A DNA stretch of 63,612 nucleotides, filler included, from Chiloscyllium plagiosum (lineage: Eukaryota), in assembly GCF_004010195.1 (NCBI RefSeq). It is 4 parts of one record of this genome, joined end to end, with 100 filler letters (N's around TTAATTAATTAA, not from the genome) between each part and the next. Parts side by side here need not be neighbours in the genome. Positions count along the whole stretch, not along the records: positions 22,182 to 41,274 come from NC_057711.1; 3 more parts are not named here. One strand, given 5' to 3'. The notes under the pieces are model-generated. The model searched no databases and was not told where the DNA came from. It saw nothing but the letters and a program-made list of their open reading frames with translations. Each line of letters starts with the position of its first letter. The first letter of the stretch is position 1. Shown one piece after another: positions 25,251-38,146 of the stretch. Both the position numbers and the translations under genes were made by a program.

Positions 25251-27482
25251 TTCCAGAGAAGAATCATATTATACTTGAAACATTAACTCTGTTTCTCTCT
25301 CCACAGGTTCTGCCAGACTTGTTGAATTTTTCCAGCACTTACTGTTTTTAATTTCATAATATATCTGCACTTGGATAGACTGGGGATAATCAGGATGGAT
25401 TTGTTCAGAACAATTCATGTTTGACAAATTAAACTGAACTTTTTGAGAAGGAAACCATATTAGTAAGAAACAAAGTAGGGTCACATGATGTAGAATTTGT
25501 GTGGATAGAATCGAGGAACTGCAAAAGTTAAAAAAAAAGTTGAAGTTATGTACAGGCCTTCAAAGAGTAGTCAGGTACTGGGGTGCAAGATACACCAGGA
25601 GATAGAAACGATGTGAAGGAAAGGCAAAATTACAGTGATCATTACGGATTTCAATATGCAGGTGAACTGGGAAAATCAGGCAGTGGATTGCAAGGAAAGG
25701 AATTTGTGGAATGTTGATGAAATGGCTTTTTGAAGCAGCTTGTGATGGAGCTCACTAGGAACAGGCAATACTGGACTTAGTGTTGTGCAATGAGGCAGAC
25801 TTGATAAAGGTGCTTAAGGTTAAGGAACCCTTAGGACGGCAGTGGTAATAATATTATTGAATTTACTCTGCAACTTGAGAGGGAGAAGATAGAATCGGTG
25901 GTAATGGTATTACAGCTAAATAAAGGCAACTTCAGAGGCACGAGGGAGGAGCTGGGTAGAATTGAGAGGGAGAAGAGCCTAGAAGGGAAGAGAGTGGAAC
26001 ATCAATGGTAGGAGTTTCTGGGAATAATTCAAGAGACACAGCAGAGATTCATCCCAAGGTAAAAAGAAGCATGGTACAGGGAGGATGAGGCAAATGTGGC
26101 TGACGAGGGAAGTCAGGGATAGCATAAAAGCAAAACAGAAGGCATATAATGTGGCAAAAGGCAGTAAAATCCAGAGAATTGGGAAGCTTACAAACACCAA
26201 CAGAGGGCAACAAAGAAAAAAAATTAAGGAGTGAGAAAATTAGACATGAGGGTAGTAATATAAAGGAAGTAATATAAGGGAAGACCATAAGAGTTTCTTT
26301 TCATATATGAAGGGCAAAAGTGGACACTGGACCACCAGAAGATGATGTTGGAGAGATAGTCGTGGAGAACAAGGAAATGGCTGAGGAACTGAATGACTAC
26401 TTTGCTACAGTCTTTACAGTGGAAGATGTGAGTAATATCCCAAAAATTGAAGAGAGTGAGGTGGCAGAGCTGAGTATGGTGGCCATCACCAAGGAGAAGG
26501 TACTGGAAAAACTGAAGGTGGATAAATGGACCAGATGGACTACACCCCAGAGTTCTAAGGGAGATAGCTAAAGAGATAGTGGAGGCGTTAGTGGTGATCT
26601 TTCAGGAATCACTAGAATCAGGGAAGGTCCCAGAGGACTGGAAAATCACCAATGTGACACCCCTGTTTAAAAAGGGGGTAAGGCCAAAGATGGAGAATTA
26701 CAGACTGATTGACCTAATCTCGGTTGTGGCTAAGATCCTGGAATCCATTGTGAGGAATGAGATTTCTGAATACTTGCAAGTGTATGGTAAAATAGGGCAA
26801 AGTCTGTATGGTTTCATCAAGGGGAGGTCATACTGACAAATCTGCTAGAATTCTTTGTGGAAGTAACAAGCAGGTTAGACCAAGGAGAGCCGATGGATTA
26901 TATCCACCTGGACTTCAAGAAGGCCTTTAACAAGGTGCCACACAGGAGACTACTGAGTAAGATAAGGGCTTATGGAGTTAGAGACAAGGTGCTAGAATGG
27001 ATAGGAGATTGGCTATCCGACAGAAAGCAACGAGTGGGAATAAATGGGTCCTTCTTAGGATGGCAGCCTGTGACAAGTGGTGTTCTGCAAGTATCAGTGT
27101 TGGGACCACAACATTTCACTTTATACATTAACGATCTAGGTGAAGGAACTGAGGGCATTCTGGCTACATTTGCAGATGATACAAAGATAGGTAGAGGGAC
27201 AGGTAGCATTGAGGAGGTGGGAGCCTGTCGAAGAATTTGAAAAGGTTAGGAGAGTGGGCAAAGAAGTGGCAGCTGGAGTACAATGTGGGAGCATGTGAGG
27301 TCATGCACTTTGGCCACAAGAATAAATGGGGAGAAAATTCAAAAGTCTGAAGTGCAAAGAGACTTGGGACTTCTAGTCCAGGATTCTGTCAAGGTAAACC
27401 TGCAGGTTAAGTCAATAGTTAAGAAGGCAAATACAATAATGGCATTTATTTTGAGTGGACTTGAATATAAAAGCAGGGATGT

Positions 27483-28530
27483 TAGTAATGCTTATCATTT
27501 ATTGGGAGAGGGTCCCTTGGACGAGACTGAATGGCTCTGTAAAGTATGGGAGAGGGAGTTGGACGTTGAGATATCTTCTGAAATATGGGAGGATGCCTGG
27601 GAAAATGCAAGAAGGATCTTGATTTGCAACAGAACCCATGCCTTGTAATTGAAGATTTTCCACAAGGTCCATTTGTCCCAGACCGCCTCGCTAAATTTAA
27701 AGCAGGAGCATCTCCAAAATGTCCTAACTGTAAAGTGTGCATGGGCACGCTTACTCATTGTCTTGCCACAGACTGCAGGCATACAGGAGTGCTGTGGTAG
27801 GCAAAATAGAGAAGGCCTTGGGTACAGAGGTGGAAATGGACCCGGTATCTCATCTTCTTGGCTTTGTTAATTCACTTTCATTGGATGCACACAAAAAAAA
27901 GGCTTTTCAGTATCCTCATTTTTTTGTGCAAGAAAAAACATTCTATTAGGGTGGGTATCAGAAAATCCCTCGGGGCTGGCGTAGTCATGGAGCACATCCC
28001 TTTGGACTTTCTTACAAGTATGGTGCACCATAAAACTGAGAATTTCTATAAGGCATGGTGGCCCTTTTTGGACTACCATGGTACAGATTTGTCCACCATA
28101 CTAATAAGAGCCTTTATATTGCCATGGCAATTCTATGTAATGAGGGCTGAAGAAGGGCTTATGCCTGAAACGTCGATTCTCCTGTTCCTAGGATGCTGCC
28201 TGACCTGCTGCACTTTTACAGCAACACATTTTCAATTCTATGTAATGAATCTGGTATCCACAGGGGAGGAACTACGAATGAATATGTATGAATATATGAA
28301 TACATATAAACTTAAGCGATCAATGATCAAGAGCTGAGCTGGCTTATGTTCATTATTATTATTATTACTATTGTTAAGATTTTCCTTTTTTTAGCTTAGT
28401 TATTAGTTTTTATTTATTTATCTATGTAATTAGTTGGTTTGTTTTTTAACATTGGTTTAAATTGTTTGGTTTTGTATTTGTTGTAATATTCATAAGAAAT
28501 TTATTTTTTTAAATAAAAATATATTTCCAA
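27483..28530 (+). mobile_element. L1/Tx1-clade LINE 3' fragment (zf-RVT CCHC region plus AT-rich 3' UTR)
   Basis: KVWERELDVEISSEIWE...KIFHKVH...SPKCPNCK..MGTLTHC..C: L1-type C-terminus; aataaa near 28512; flanked by a repeated agcaggg(a/t)tgt of the host CR1. Confidence 0.8.
28144..28232 (+). mobile_element. Short PLE family A terminal insertion with hammerhead core (28147-28174)
   Basis: CTGAAGA-A-GGGC-TTAT-GCCT-GAAACGTC; perfect 16-bp TSD caattctatgtaatga at 28128-28143 and 28233-28248. Confidence 0.88.
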
Positions 28531-29129
28531 AAATAGCAGGGTTGTACTTCTAAGGCTCTGGTCAGACCACATTTTGAGTATTGTGCACAGTTTTGGGTGC
28601 CATATCTCAGGAAGGATGTACTGGCCTTGGAGCATGTTCAGAGGACGTTCACGAAAATGGTCCCAAGAATGAAAAGCTTAACATATGAGGAATGTTTGAG
28701 GACTCTGGGTCTGTACCTGATGGAGGTTAGAAGGATGAGAGGGGATCTAATGGAAAATTACAGAATACTGAATGGTCTGGACAGAGTAGATGTTGGGAAG
28801 ATGTTTCCATTGGCAGGAAAGATTAGGACCCATGGGCACAGCCTTAGAGTAAAGGGAAGGCCTTTTAGAATGGAGATAAGGAGAAACTTTTTCAGCCAGA
28901 GAGTGATGAATCTATGGAATTCATTGCTACAGAAGGCTGTGGAGGCCAGGTCATTGAGTATATTTAAGACTGAGATAGATAGGTTCTTGAGTATCACGGG
29001 ATCAAGAGTTACAGGGATAAAACGGGAGTTTGAGGTTGAGAAACCTATCAGCCATGATTGAATGGCAGAGCAGACTCGATGGGCTGAATGGCCTAATTTC
29101 TGCTCCTATGTCTTTTGGTCTTATGGTCT

Positions 29130-30350
29130 GTGATGTGAAAATAGAAAGAATGGTTACTAAGTTTGCATATGACACCAAAATTTATGGTATAGTGAAGAAG
29201 GTTCCCTCAGAGTACAAGAAGACTTTAATCAGATGGGCTGAGGAGTTGCAGATGGAATTTAATTTAAATAAATGTGAGGCATTTCATTTTGGTAATGGAA
29301 ACCGAGGTATGACATATATAGTTAATGGTAGGGCCCTGGAGAGTGGTGCCGAATAAAGAAACCTTGGTGTACAGGTGGATAGTTCCTTGAAAGTAGTCAC
29401 AGGATGGTGAAAAGTCACACATCCCTTCGTTGGTTAATGCATTGTGTATAGGAATTGGGATTCCATGTTGCGATTGTGCATGACATTGGTGAGGCCAATT
29501 GTAGAATACTGCATTGAATTCTGGTCACCCTGCAATAGGAAAGAGGTTGTTAAACTTCAAAATGTTCAGAAAACATTTACAAGGATTTTGCTGGGATTGA
29601 AAGGTTTGAGCTATAGGGAGAGGCTGAATAGGCTGGGGCTATTTTCCCTGCAGCATTGGATGAGGGTAAAATCATGAGGGTAATGGGTAGGATGAAAAAC
29701 CAAGGTCTTTTCACAGGGTAGGGGAGTCCAAAGCTAAAGTACATATGTTTGAGGTGAGAGAGGAAAGATTAAAAGGGACCAGAGAGGTAACCTTTTCACA
29801 CAGAGGGTGGTGCATGTATGGAATGAGCTGATAGATGAAATGGTAGAAGCTGTTACAATTACTTCATTTAAAAGGCATCTGGAGGGCTACATGAATAGGA
29901 ACAATTTAGATGAGTATGAGCCAAATGCTGTCAAAATGGCGGCAGGGTGGCTCAGTGGTTAGCACTGCTGCCTCACCGCATCAGGGACCTGGGTTCAATT
30001 TCCTGCCTCAGGTAACTGTGTGGAGTTTGCACATTCTCCCCGTATCTGCGTGGGTTTCCTCCAGGTGCTCCGGTTTCCTCCCAGAGTCCAAAGATGTGCA
30101 GGTCAGGTGAATTAGCCATGCTAAATTGCCCATTGTGTTAGGTGCATTAGTCAGGGGGAAATACAGGGTAGGGGAATGGGTGTGGGTGGGTTACTCATCG
30201 GAGGGTTCAGTATAGACTTGTTGGGCTGAAGGGCTTGTTTCAATACTGTAGGGAATCTAATCTAATCAAATAGGACTAGATTAATTTAGAATATTGGTCA
30301 GTGTGGACAAGTTGGATCAGGGGATCTGTTTCCATGCTGTAGAACTCTGT
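29130..30350 (+). mobile_element. CR1 3' part, interrupted by a SINE
   Basis: ORFs 29030.. and 29444.. with KFAYDTK, LVRPIVEYCIEFWSP. Confidence 0.85.
29938..30267 (+). mobile_element. tRNA-derived SINE (HE1/V-SINE type)
   Basis: Box A tggctcagtgg, box B gggttcaattt; (aatct)n tail. Confidence 0.9.
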
Positions 30351-32073
30351 GGTTTATAATGAGTGTAATGGAGTTGATCTGGTCTACATGGACTTTGATA
30401 AGGCTTTTGATAAGGTTCCTCTGATCAAGAAAGTTAGAACCTATGGGATCCAAGGCAGAATCGCATGTTGAATCCAAAAATTGGTTGAGAGGCAGAAATC
30501 AAGGGTAGAGGGATGTTTCTGTGATGAGTGGAGTCCCACAGCATTCAGTACTGGGGCTCTTGCTATTTGTTGAGTGCATTAAAGCTTTAGACTTAAATAC
30601 AAAGGTTGCATCAGTGGTGAGAAGGGTTGCCTTACACCACAGGAGATCTCAACAACTGGAATGGAATCGAATTTATCCTTGAAAGAGGTGAGGTCGTGCA
30701 CTTGGGGAGAGTTCACAAGGCAAGGGATAACACAACGAACAATAGGTCCCTAGAAAGTACTGAATATCAGAGGGACCTTAACGTGCATATCCACAGATCC
30801 CTGAACATAACAAGGTGGATAAATAAGTTCATTGAGAAGGCATTTGGTAGATTTATCTTTATTAACCAAGGCATAGAATACAAAAACAGGAAGGTCATGC
30901 TGAATAGTGCAGTTTTGGTGACCACATTATACAAAAGCTGTAATTGCACGAGAGATAGGGCAGAGGAGATTTACCAAGATTCAGAGTGCCTGGGGTAAAG
31001 TGTTTTACTACAAACCAACTGACTCCCACAGCTACCTAGATTACACCTCCTCCCTACCTGCCCCCTGTAAAAACGCCATCCCATATTCCCAATTCCTTCG
31101 CCTCCACTGCATCTGCTCCCAGGAGGACCAATTCCACTACCGAACAACCCAAATGGCCTCCTTCTTCAAAGACCGCAATTTCCCCCCAGACGTGGTCGAC
31201 GATGCTCTCCACCACATCTCCTCCACTTCCCGCACCTCCGCCCTTGAACCCCAACCCTCCAATCGCCACCAGGACAGAACCCCACTGGTCCTCACCTTTC
31301 ACCCCACCAACCTCCAGATACATCGTATCATCCTACGTCATTTCCGCCACCTCCAAATAGACTCCACCACCAGGGATATATTTCCCTCCCCTCCCCTATC
31401 AGCGTTCCGAAAAGACCAGTCCCTCCGTGACTCCCTCGTCACTACCTGGTCAGGTCCACGCCCCCCAACAACCCACCCTCCCATCCTGGCACCTTCCCCT
31501 GCCACCGCAGGAATTGCAAAACCTGCGCCCACACCTCTTCCCTCACCTCCATCCAAGGCCCTAAAGGAGCCTTCCACATCCATCTAAGTTTTACCTGCAC
31601 ATCCACCAATATCATTTATTATCCGTTGCTCCTGATGCGGTCTCCTCTACATTGGGGAGAATGGACGTCTCCTAGCAGAGCGCTTTAGGGAACATCTCCG
31701 GGACACCTGCACCAATCAACCACACTGCCCCATGGCCCAACATTTCAACTCCCCCACCCACTCTGCCGAGGACATGGAGGTCCTGGGCCTCCTTCACCGC
31801 CGCTCCCTCATCACCAGACGCCTGGAGGAAGAATGCCTCATCTTCTGCCTTGGAACACTTCAACCCCAGGGCATCAATGTAGACTTCAACAGTTTCCTCA
31901 TTTCCCCTTCCCCAACCTCACCCCAGTTCCCAACTTCCAGCTCAGCACTGTCCCCATGACTTGTCCTACCTTCCCAGCTTCTTTTCCACCTATCCACACC
32001 ACCCTCCCCCCCTACCTATCACCTTCATCCCCTCCCCCACTCACCTATTGTACTCGATGCTACTTTCTCCCCA

Positions 32074-32376
32074 NNNNNNNNNNNNNNNNNNNNNNNNNNN
32101 NNNNNNNNNNNNNNNNNNNNNNNNNNNNNNNNNNNNNNNNNNNNNNNNNNNNNNNNNNNNNNNNNNNNNNNNNNNNNNNNNNNNNNNNNNNNNNNNNNNN
32201 NNNNNNNNNNNNNNNNNNNNNNNNNNNNNNNNNNNNNNNNNNNNNNNNNNNNNNNNNNNNNNNNNNNNNNNNNNNNNNNNNNNNNNNNNNNNNNNNNNNN
32301 NNNNNNNNNNNNNNNNNNNNNNNNNNNNNNNNNNNNNNNNNNNNNNNNNNNNNNNNNNNNNNNNNNNNNNNNNNNN
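32074..32376. other. Assembly gap (303 N) inside the PLE
   Basis: Run of N without the linker. Confidence 0.95.
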
Positions 32377-32550
32377 GGATTCAGCACCACCCTCTTGACC
32401 TGCAATCTTCTTCCTGACCTCTCCGCCACACCCCCTCTCTGGCCTATCACCCTCTCCCTCACCTCCTCTCACCTATTGTATTCCCAGCGCCCCTCCCCCA
32501 AATTCCCTCCCCCTTACCCTTTATCTCATCCCGCTTGGCACACCAGCCTC

Positions 32551-32586
32551 ATTCCTGAAGAAGGGCTTATGCCCGAAACGTCGATT
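32551..32586 (+). ncRNA. Minimal type I hammerhead ribozyme motif (PLE family A)
   Basis: auuc-CUGAAGA-A-GGGC(UUAU)GCCC-GAAA-CG-UC-gauu; core 32555-32582; predicted cleavage after C32582. Confidence 0.75.
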
Positions 32587-33174
32587 CTCCTGCTCCTCGG
32601 AGGCTGCCTGGCCAGCTGTGTTTTTCCAGCACCACATTTTTCAACTCTGGTCTCCAGCATCTGCAGTCCTCACTTTCTCTTGGGGTAAAGTGTCTAAGCT
32701 ACAAAGAAAGATCAGACAGATTGTTTTTCTTTCCCTTGTGTAATGAAGGTTAAAAAGGCACCTGATAGAGCTGGATAAGGTTGTGAGCGGCATGGAATGG
32801 TTGGACATGAAGGCACTCTTTCTGTTAGTAGATGGTTCAATAATGGTAGGGGGTGGGAGGGAGGATGGCATAGATTTTGGCTAAGACATAGAAGGCTAAG
32901 AAGAGAGTTGAGAATCTTTCACTCAGAGGGTAGTATAAGTCTGGAACTCACTATCTGAAAGTGTGGTTGAGTCAAAAGCTGTAACATTTAAACAATATTT
33001 AGACATTTGCTTGTGTTGCTATAGCCTCCAGGGCTGTTGGTCAAAAGTTGGAAAATAATTTAATGTTGTCAGATCTTTGTGGATGGCATGATTACAATCG
33101 ACCAAATGGCCTGTTTCTATGCTGTAATTGTCTATGATCTACAAAGCAAACATTCAACCATATTCATTTTTTTT

Positions 33175-33880
33175 AAGTCACTTGTGGCACATGGGCGTCT
33201 CTGGCTGGACTAGCATTCATTGTCTGTCCCTAGCTGCCCTTGAGAAATCCATAAACTGTAGGTACAACTGCAATGCCATTAGAGAGGCAATTCCAGAATT
33301 TTGATCCAGTGATAGTGAAAGAACAGCGATGACAGGATGGTAAGTGACTCAAAGTGGAAGTTCCAGGTGGTGGTGTTCCCATGTGTCTGCTGTCCTTGTC
33401 CTTCTAGATGGAAGCGTTTGTGTGTTTAGAAGGTGCTATCTAAGGATCTTTGGTGAATTCTGCAGTGCATTTTGTAGGTAGCACACATTGCTACTACTGA
33501 GCGTTGTTGGTGGAGGAAATGGATATTTGTGGATGTGATACCAATCAAACAGGCTGCTTTGTCCTGGATGGTGTCAAGATTTTTGAGTGTTCATGCTGCA
33601 CTTATCCAGGCAACAAGGGAAATTCCTTCCCATTCCTGACTTGAGCCTTGTCAAGCTTTGAGGAGTTAGGTGAGTTACTGTCTCTGAACAGCTCTTGTAA
33701 CCGTTGTATTAAATGGTAAGTCCAGTTGAGTTTCTGGTCAATGGTAACCCCCAGGATGTTGATTGTAGGGGATTTAGTGGTGGTAGCACCATTGAATGTC
33801 AACAGATGGTGGTTAGATTGTCTCTTATAGAAGATGGTCCTTGCCTGGCATTTGTGTGGCACAAACATTACTTGCTCTGT
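33175..33880 (-). mobile_element. L2-clade LINE 3' end
   Basis: ORF 33602..33868 FVPHKCQA...INILGVTIDQKLNWT; related fragments at about 40290-40720 (-) and 45730-47185 (+). Confidence 0.7.
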
Positions 33881-34221
33881 TAAATCAAATGTAGGTTAGG
33901 CACTGCAACCATATAACAACACAATCCTCTCCTCAAGCTAGTGGTGATGAGCAGTTTTCTACTTTGGGCTTGTCCATTGAAAATTGATGTAAAATAATAA
34001 ATAAAAAAGGTAATGCCAGGAAAGGAAAGAAAAACAAAAATGTCATCAGTGCCAAAGGTTTGCCAATATACAAAATATATGTGGTTTGAAAAGCTAACCT
34101 TAGTACAGAATATATCTGTTGATTCAACATACTTTCATTACTGAAGGTAACCAAGTAAAAGTCAGGTACCTTTACCAAGTCACTATTCTTTTATGTGTGA
34201 ACATGGCTGCCAAGTAGTGAT

Positions 34222-34345
34222 TATGAAGGGCTTTTGCCTGAAGCGTCGATTCTCCTGCTCCTCAGATGCTACCTGACCTTCTATGCTTTTCCAGCACCAC
34301 ACTCAACTCTAATTTCCAGCATCTGCAGTCCTCACTTTCGCCTAG
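34222..34345 (+). mobile_element. Short PLE family A terminal insertion, decayed
   Basis: atgaagggcttttgcctgaagcgtcgattctcc...ctcactttcgcc. Confidence 0.75.
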
Positions 34346-35009
34346 TAATTGTCTATTCCCCTATCTGGGTATCAATACCAACAATCTTCATTATCTTGAG
34401 GTCCACACAAGTTCACTTTTCTTGAGGGGAAATGGGGTTTTGATCAGATGCATAAACTCTCTTGGTGCTTTTCGTAAGTGCTGAATATAGCTTGTCAATG
34501 CCTTTTGGAGTTCCTCGCAATTATTACGTTTAATATATGACTCAATGTAGTTTAAAAAGTGCATTTTGACATAAGCGAGTTTCATCCTTTATATTCCTTT
34601 CCCCCGCTAAAAAGCTGAATTCATTACTGTCTGGCTGACAGGTCACTTGATTATTTGATTCAACCAGTTTACACAAGATGTCATACTTCCTTCTGATTTT
34701 CCATTTATCTCTCAGGGCGAATGTATCTTCTCTTGGGAAATAGTTGAAGTTGCATAAGCAGTATGGCATGACAAAACTGAAGAACCTTTGTTTAAATTAC
34801 ACCATTGTATTGACTCCTTTCTTTCTGTCACACTACATATGTAATTAGAAACTAGACTCACTCAGAGAACATGACCCATTTTATTTTGAGACATTACAAA
34901 CAGTAATAAAATATATCTGCCTTGATATGTTTTGCTATGTTAAATAAATGCCCATTACCTTTCTGTGCATAACAGAGGCTTTTTGATAAGGGATAATGGC
35001 TGTACTTAG

Positions 35010-37088
35010 GGAGGATATTTCTGGGAATGTGTCCAAGCACGTCATTTGGGTGGAACTGAGAAATAAGAAATGGTGAGTACCTTATTCGAATTGTACTATA
35101 GACCCCCACCCCCAATATTCAGAGGGAAATTGAGAAACAATAGGCTGGTTATGGTAGGTGATTTTAACTTTCCAGACATAGACTGGGAGTGCCATAATGT
35201 TACTGTTTAGATGGAGAGGACTATGTTAAGTGTGTACAAGAAAATGTTTTGATTCAGTATGCAGATGTACCTGCTGGAGAAGATGCAAAACGTGCTTCGA
35301 AATCGACGTTTCGGGCAAAAGCCCTTGAAGGGCTTTTGCCCAAAACGTCGATTTCGAAGCTCCTTGGATGCTGCCTGAACTGCTGTGCTCTTCCAGCACA
35401 ACTAATCCAGAATCTGGTTTCCAGCATCTGCAGTCATTGTTTTTACCACCAAGATGCAAAACGTGACCTACTCTTGGGAAATGAGGCAGGGCGAGTGACT
35501 GAGATGTCAGTGGGGGAGCACTTTGGGACCAGCGACCACAATTCAATTAGTTTTAAAATAGTGATGGAAAATTTCTAAAGTTCTAAATTGGAGGAAGGCC
35601 AATTTTGATGATATTAGCCAAGAATTTTCAAAAGTTGAATGGGGGCAGATGTTCGCAGGTAAAAGGGATAGCTGGAAAATGAGAAGCCTTCAAAATTGAG
35701 ATAACAGGAGTCCAGAGACAGTATGTTCCTATTAAGGTGAAAGGCAAGACTGGTAGGTGAAGGGAATGCTGGATGACTAGAGAAATTGAGGTTTTGGTCA
35801 AGAAAAAGAAGGAAGCATATTTCAGATATAGACAGCAGAGATCAAGTGAATCCTTAGAAGAGTATAAATGCAGTAAGTGTATACTTATGAGGGAAATCAG
35901 AAGGGCAAAAAGGGGACATGAGATAAAGGAGAATCCAAAGGAATATTATAATTACATTAAGGACAGAGGGTAACTAGGGAGCGAATAAAGCTCCTCAAAA
36001 ATCAGCAATGCAGCCTATGTGTGGAACCGCAGGAGATGGGGGAGATAATAAATGAGTATTTTGCATCAGTGTTTACTATGGAGAAGGACATAGAAGATAC
36101 AGAATGTGGGGAAATAGATGATGACATCTTGAAAATAGACTCATAATAGACTGGTTAGCAAGGTTAGATCACATGGAACAGAGGATGAACCAGCTATTTG
36201 GATATAGAACTGGTTTGAAGGAAGAAGACAGAGGGTGGTGGTAGAGGGTTGCTTTTCAGACTGGAGGCCTGTGACCAACGGTGTGCCACATGGATTGGTG
36301 CTGGGTCCACTGCTTCTCATCATTTATTAAATGATTTGGATGTGAATGTACAAGGTATGATTTGTAAGTTTGCAGGTGACACCAAAATTGAAGGTGCAGT
36401 GGACAGCAAAGAAGGTTACCTCAGAATACAACAGGTTCTTAGTCAGAGATGGGCCAATGGGCTGTGGAGTGGCAGATGGAGATTAATTTAGATAACTGTG
36501 AGGTGCTGCATTTTAGAAGGGCAAATCAGGGCATGACATATGCACTGAATGGTAAGGACTAGGGAGTGTTGCTGAACAAAGAGAATGCAGGTTCATAGCT
36601 CCTCAAAAATAGAGTCGCAGGTGGATATGGTAGTGAAGAAGGCATTTGGTATGCTTTCCTTTGTTAGTCAAAGTATTGAGTACAGGAGTTGGGAGATCAT
36701 GTTGAGGTTGTTCAGGACATTGGTTAGGCCACTTTTGGAATATTGTGTGCAATTTTGGACTCCTTCCTATCGGAAGGATGTTGTGAAACTTGAAAGGATT
36801 CAGAAAAGATTTACAAGGATGGTGCCAGGATTGGAGGATTTGAGCTATAGAGAGAGGCTGAACAGGCTGGGGCTGTTTTCCCTGGAGCGTCGGAGGCTGA
36901 GGGGTGATCTTATAGAGGTTTATAAAACCATGAGGGACATGGATAGGGAAACAGACAAAAACTCTTCCCTGGGGTGGGGGAGGCCAGAACTAGAGAACAT
37001 AGGTTTAGGATGAGAGGGGAAAGATACAAAAGAGAACTCAAGATCAACTTTTTCACCCAGAGGGTGGTGCATGTGTGGGATGGGCTGC
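35010..37088 (+). mobile_element. CR1 ORF2 with internal deletion
   Basis: APE motifs (YRPP, GDFNFP, EHFGTSDHN) and ORF 36585..37013. Confidence 0.9.
35295..35450. mobile_element. Palindromic PLE family A (variant) terminal insertion
   Basis: 33-bp arms 35294-35326 and 35328-35360, one mismatch; TSD aagatgcaaaacgtg at 35280-35294 and 35451-35465. Confidence 0.87.
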
Positions 37089-38146
37089 CAACCCAATCTA
37101 GTCCCACCTGCCAGCACCCGGCCCATATCCCTCCAAACCCTTCCTATTTATATACCCATCCAAATGCCTCTTAAATGTTGCAATTGTACCAGCCTCCACC
37201 ACTTCCTCTGGCAGCTCATTCTATACATGTACCACCCTCTGCGTGAAAAAGTTGCCCCTTAGGTCTCTTTTATATCTTTCCCCTCTCACCCTAAACCTAT
37301 GCCCTCTAGTTCTGGACTCCCCAACTCCAGGGAAAATGTTTTGTCTATTTATCCTATCCATGCCCCTCATAATTTAGTAAACCTCTATAAGGTCACCTCT
37401 CAGCCTCTGACGCTCCAGGGAAAACAGCCCCAGCCTGTTCAGCCGCTCCCTATAGTTCAAATCCTCCAACTATGGCAGCATCTTGTAAATCTTTTCTGAA
37501 CCCTTCAAGTTTCACAACATCTTTCCAATAGGAAGGAGACCAGAATTGCACGCAATATTCAAACAGTGGCCTAACCAATGTCCTGTACAGCCACAACATC
37601 ACCTCCCAACTCCTGTACTCAATGCTCTGACCAATAAAGGAAAGCATACCAAACGCCTTCTTCACTATCCTATCTACCTGCGACTCCACTTTCAAGGAGC
37701 TATGAACCTGCACTCCAAGGTCTCTTTGTTCAGCAACACTCCCTAGGACCTTACCATTAAGTGTATAAGTCCTGCTAAGATTTGCTTTCCTAGAATGCAG
37801 CACCTCGCATTTATCTGAATTGAACTCCATCTGCCACTTGTTAGCCCATTGGCCCATCTGGTCAAGATCCTGTTGTAATCTGAGGTAACTCTCTTCGCTG
37901 TCCACTACACCTCCAATTTTGGTGTCATCTGCAAACTTACTAACTGTACCTCTTATGCTCCCATCCAAATCCTTTATGTAAATGACAAAAAGTAGAGGGT
38001 CCAGCGCCAATCCTTGTGGCACTCCACTGGTCACAGGCCTCCAGTCTGAAAAACAATCCTCCACCACCACCATCTGTCTTCTACCTTTGAGCCAGTTCTG
38101 TATCCAAATGGCTAGTTCTCCCTGTATTCCATGAGATCTAACCTTC
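37089..38146 (-). mobile_element. CR1 RT C-terminal part, inverted relative to its neighbour
   Basis: ORF 37450..38073 VTSGVPQG..L.PLLFVIYI.DLD...KFADDTK. Confidence 0.93.

Larger units (their letters stand above)
25500..29128 (+). mobile_element. CR1 ORF2 (APE-RT) with 3' UTR, interrupted by an L1-clade fragment
   Basis: ORFs 26320.., 26579.., 26857.. (LDFKKAFNKVPH, FADDTK) and 28597..; tail tatgtcttttggtcttatggtct. Confidence 0.9.
31004..32680 (+). mobile_element. Penelope-like element family A, 5'-truncated (RT thumb, GIY-YIG, terminal repeat)
   Basis: YYKPTDSHSYLDYTSS..CKNAIPYSQFLRL..ICS, C..C, YIGE.GR.LAERFREHL, RLEEECLIF.LGTLQPQGINVDF; TSD tggggtaaagtgt at 30991-31003 and 32681-32693 spans the 303-N gap. 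Confidence 0.93.
30365..33140 (+). mobile_element. Old CR1 RT/3' region split by the PLE at 31004-32680
   Basis: VYMDFDKAFDKVP at the start; CR1 3' motifs resume after 32693. Confidence 0.75.

Noticed and set aside
31833..32472. ORFs containing long X runs
   Set aside because: They only read through the N gap.
34391..34769. Short ORFs in unique sequence as exons
   Set aside because: No recognisable homology; the plus-strand acceptor near 34715 leads to stops in all three frames.
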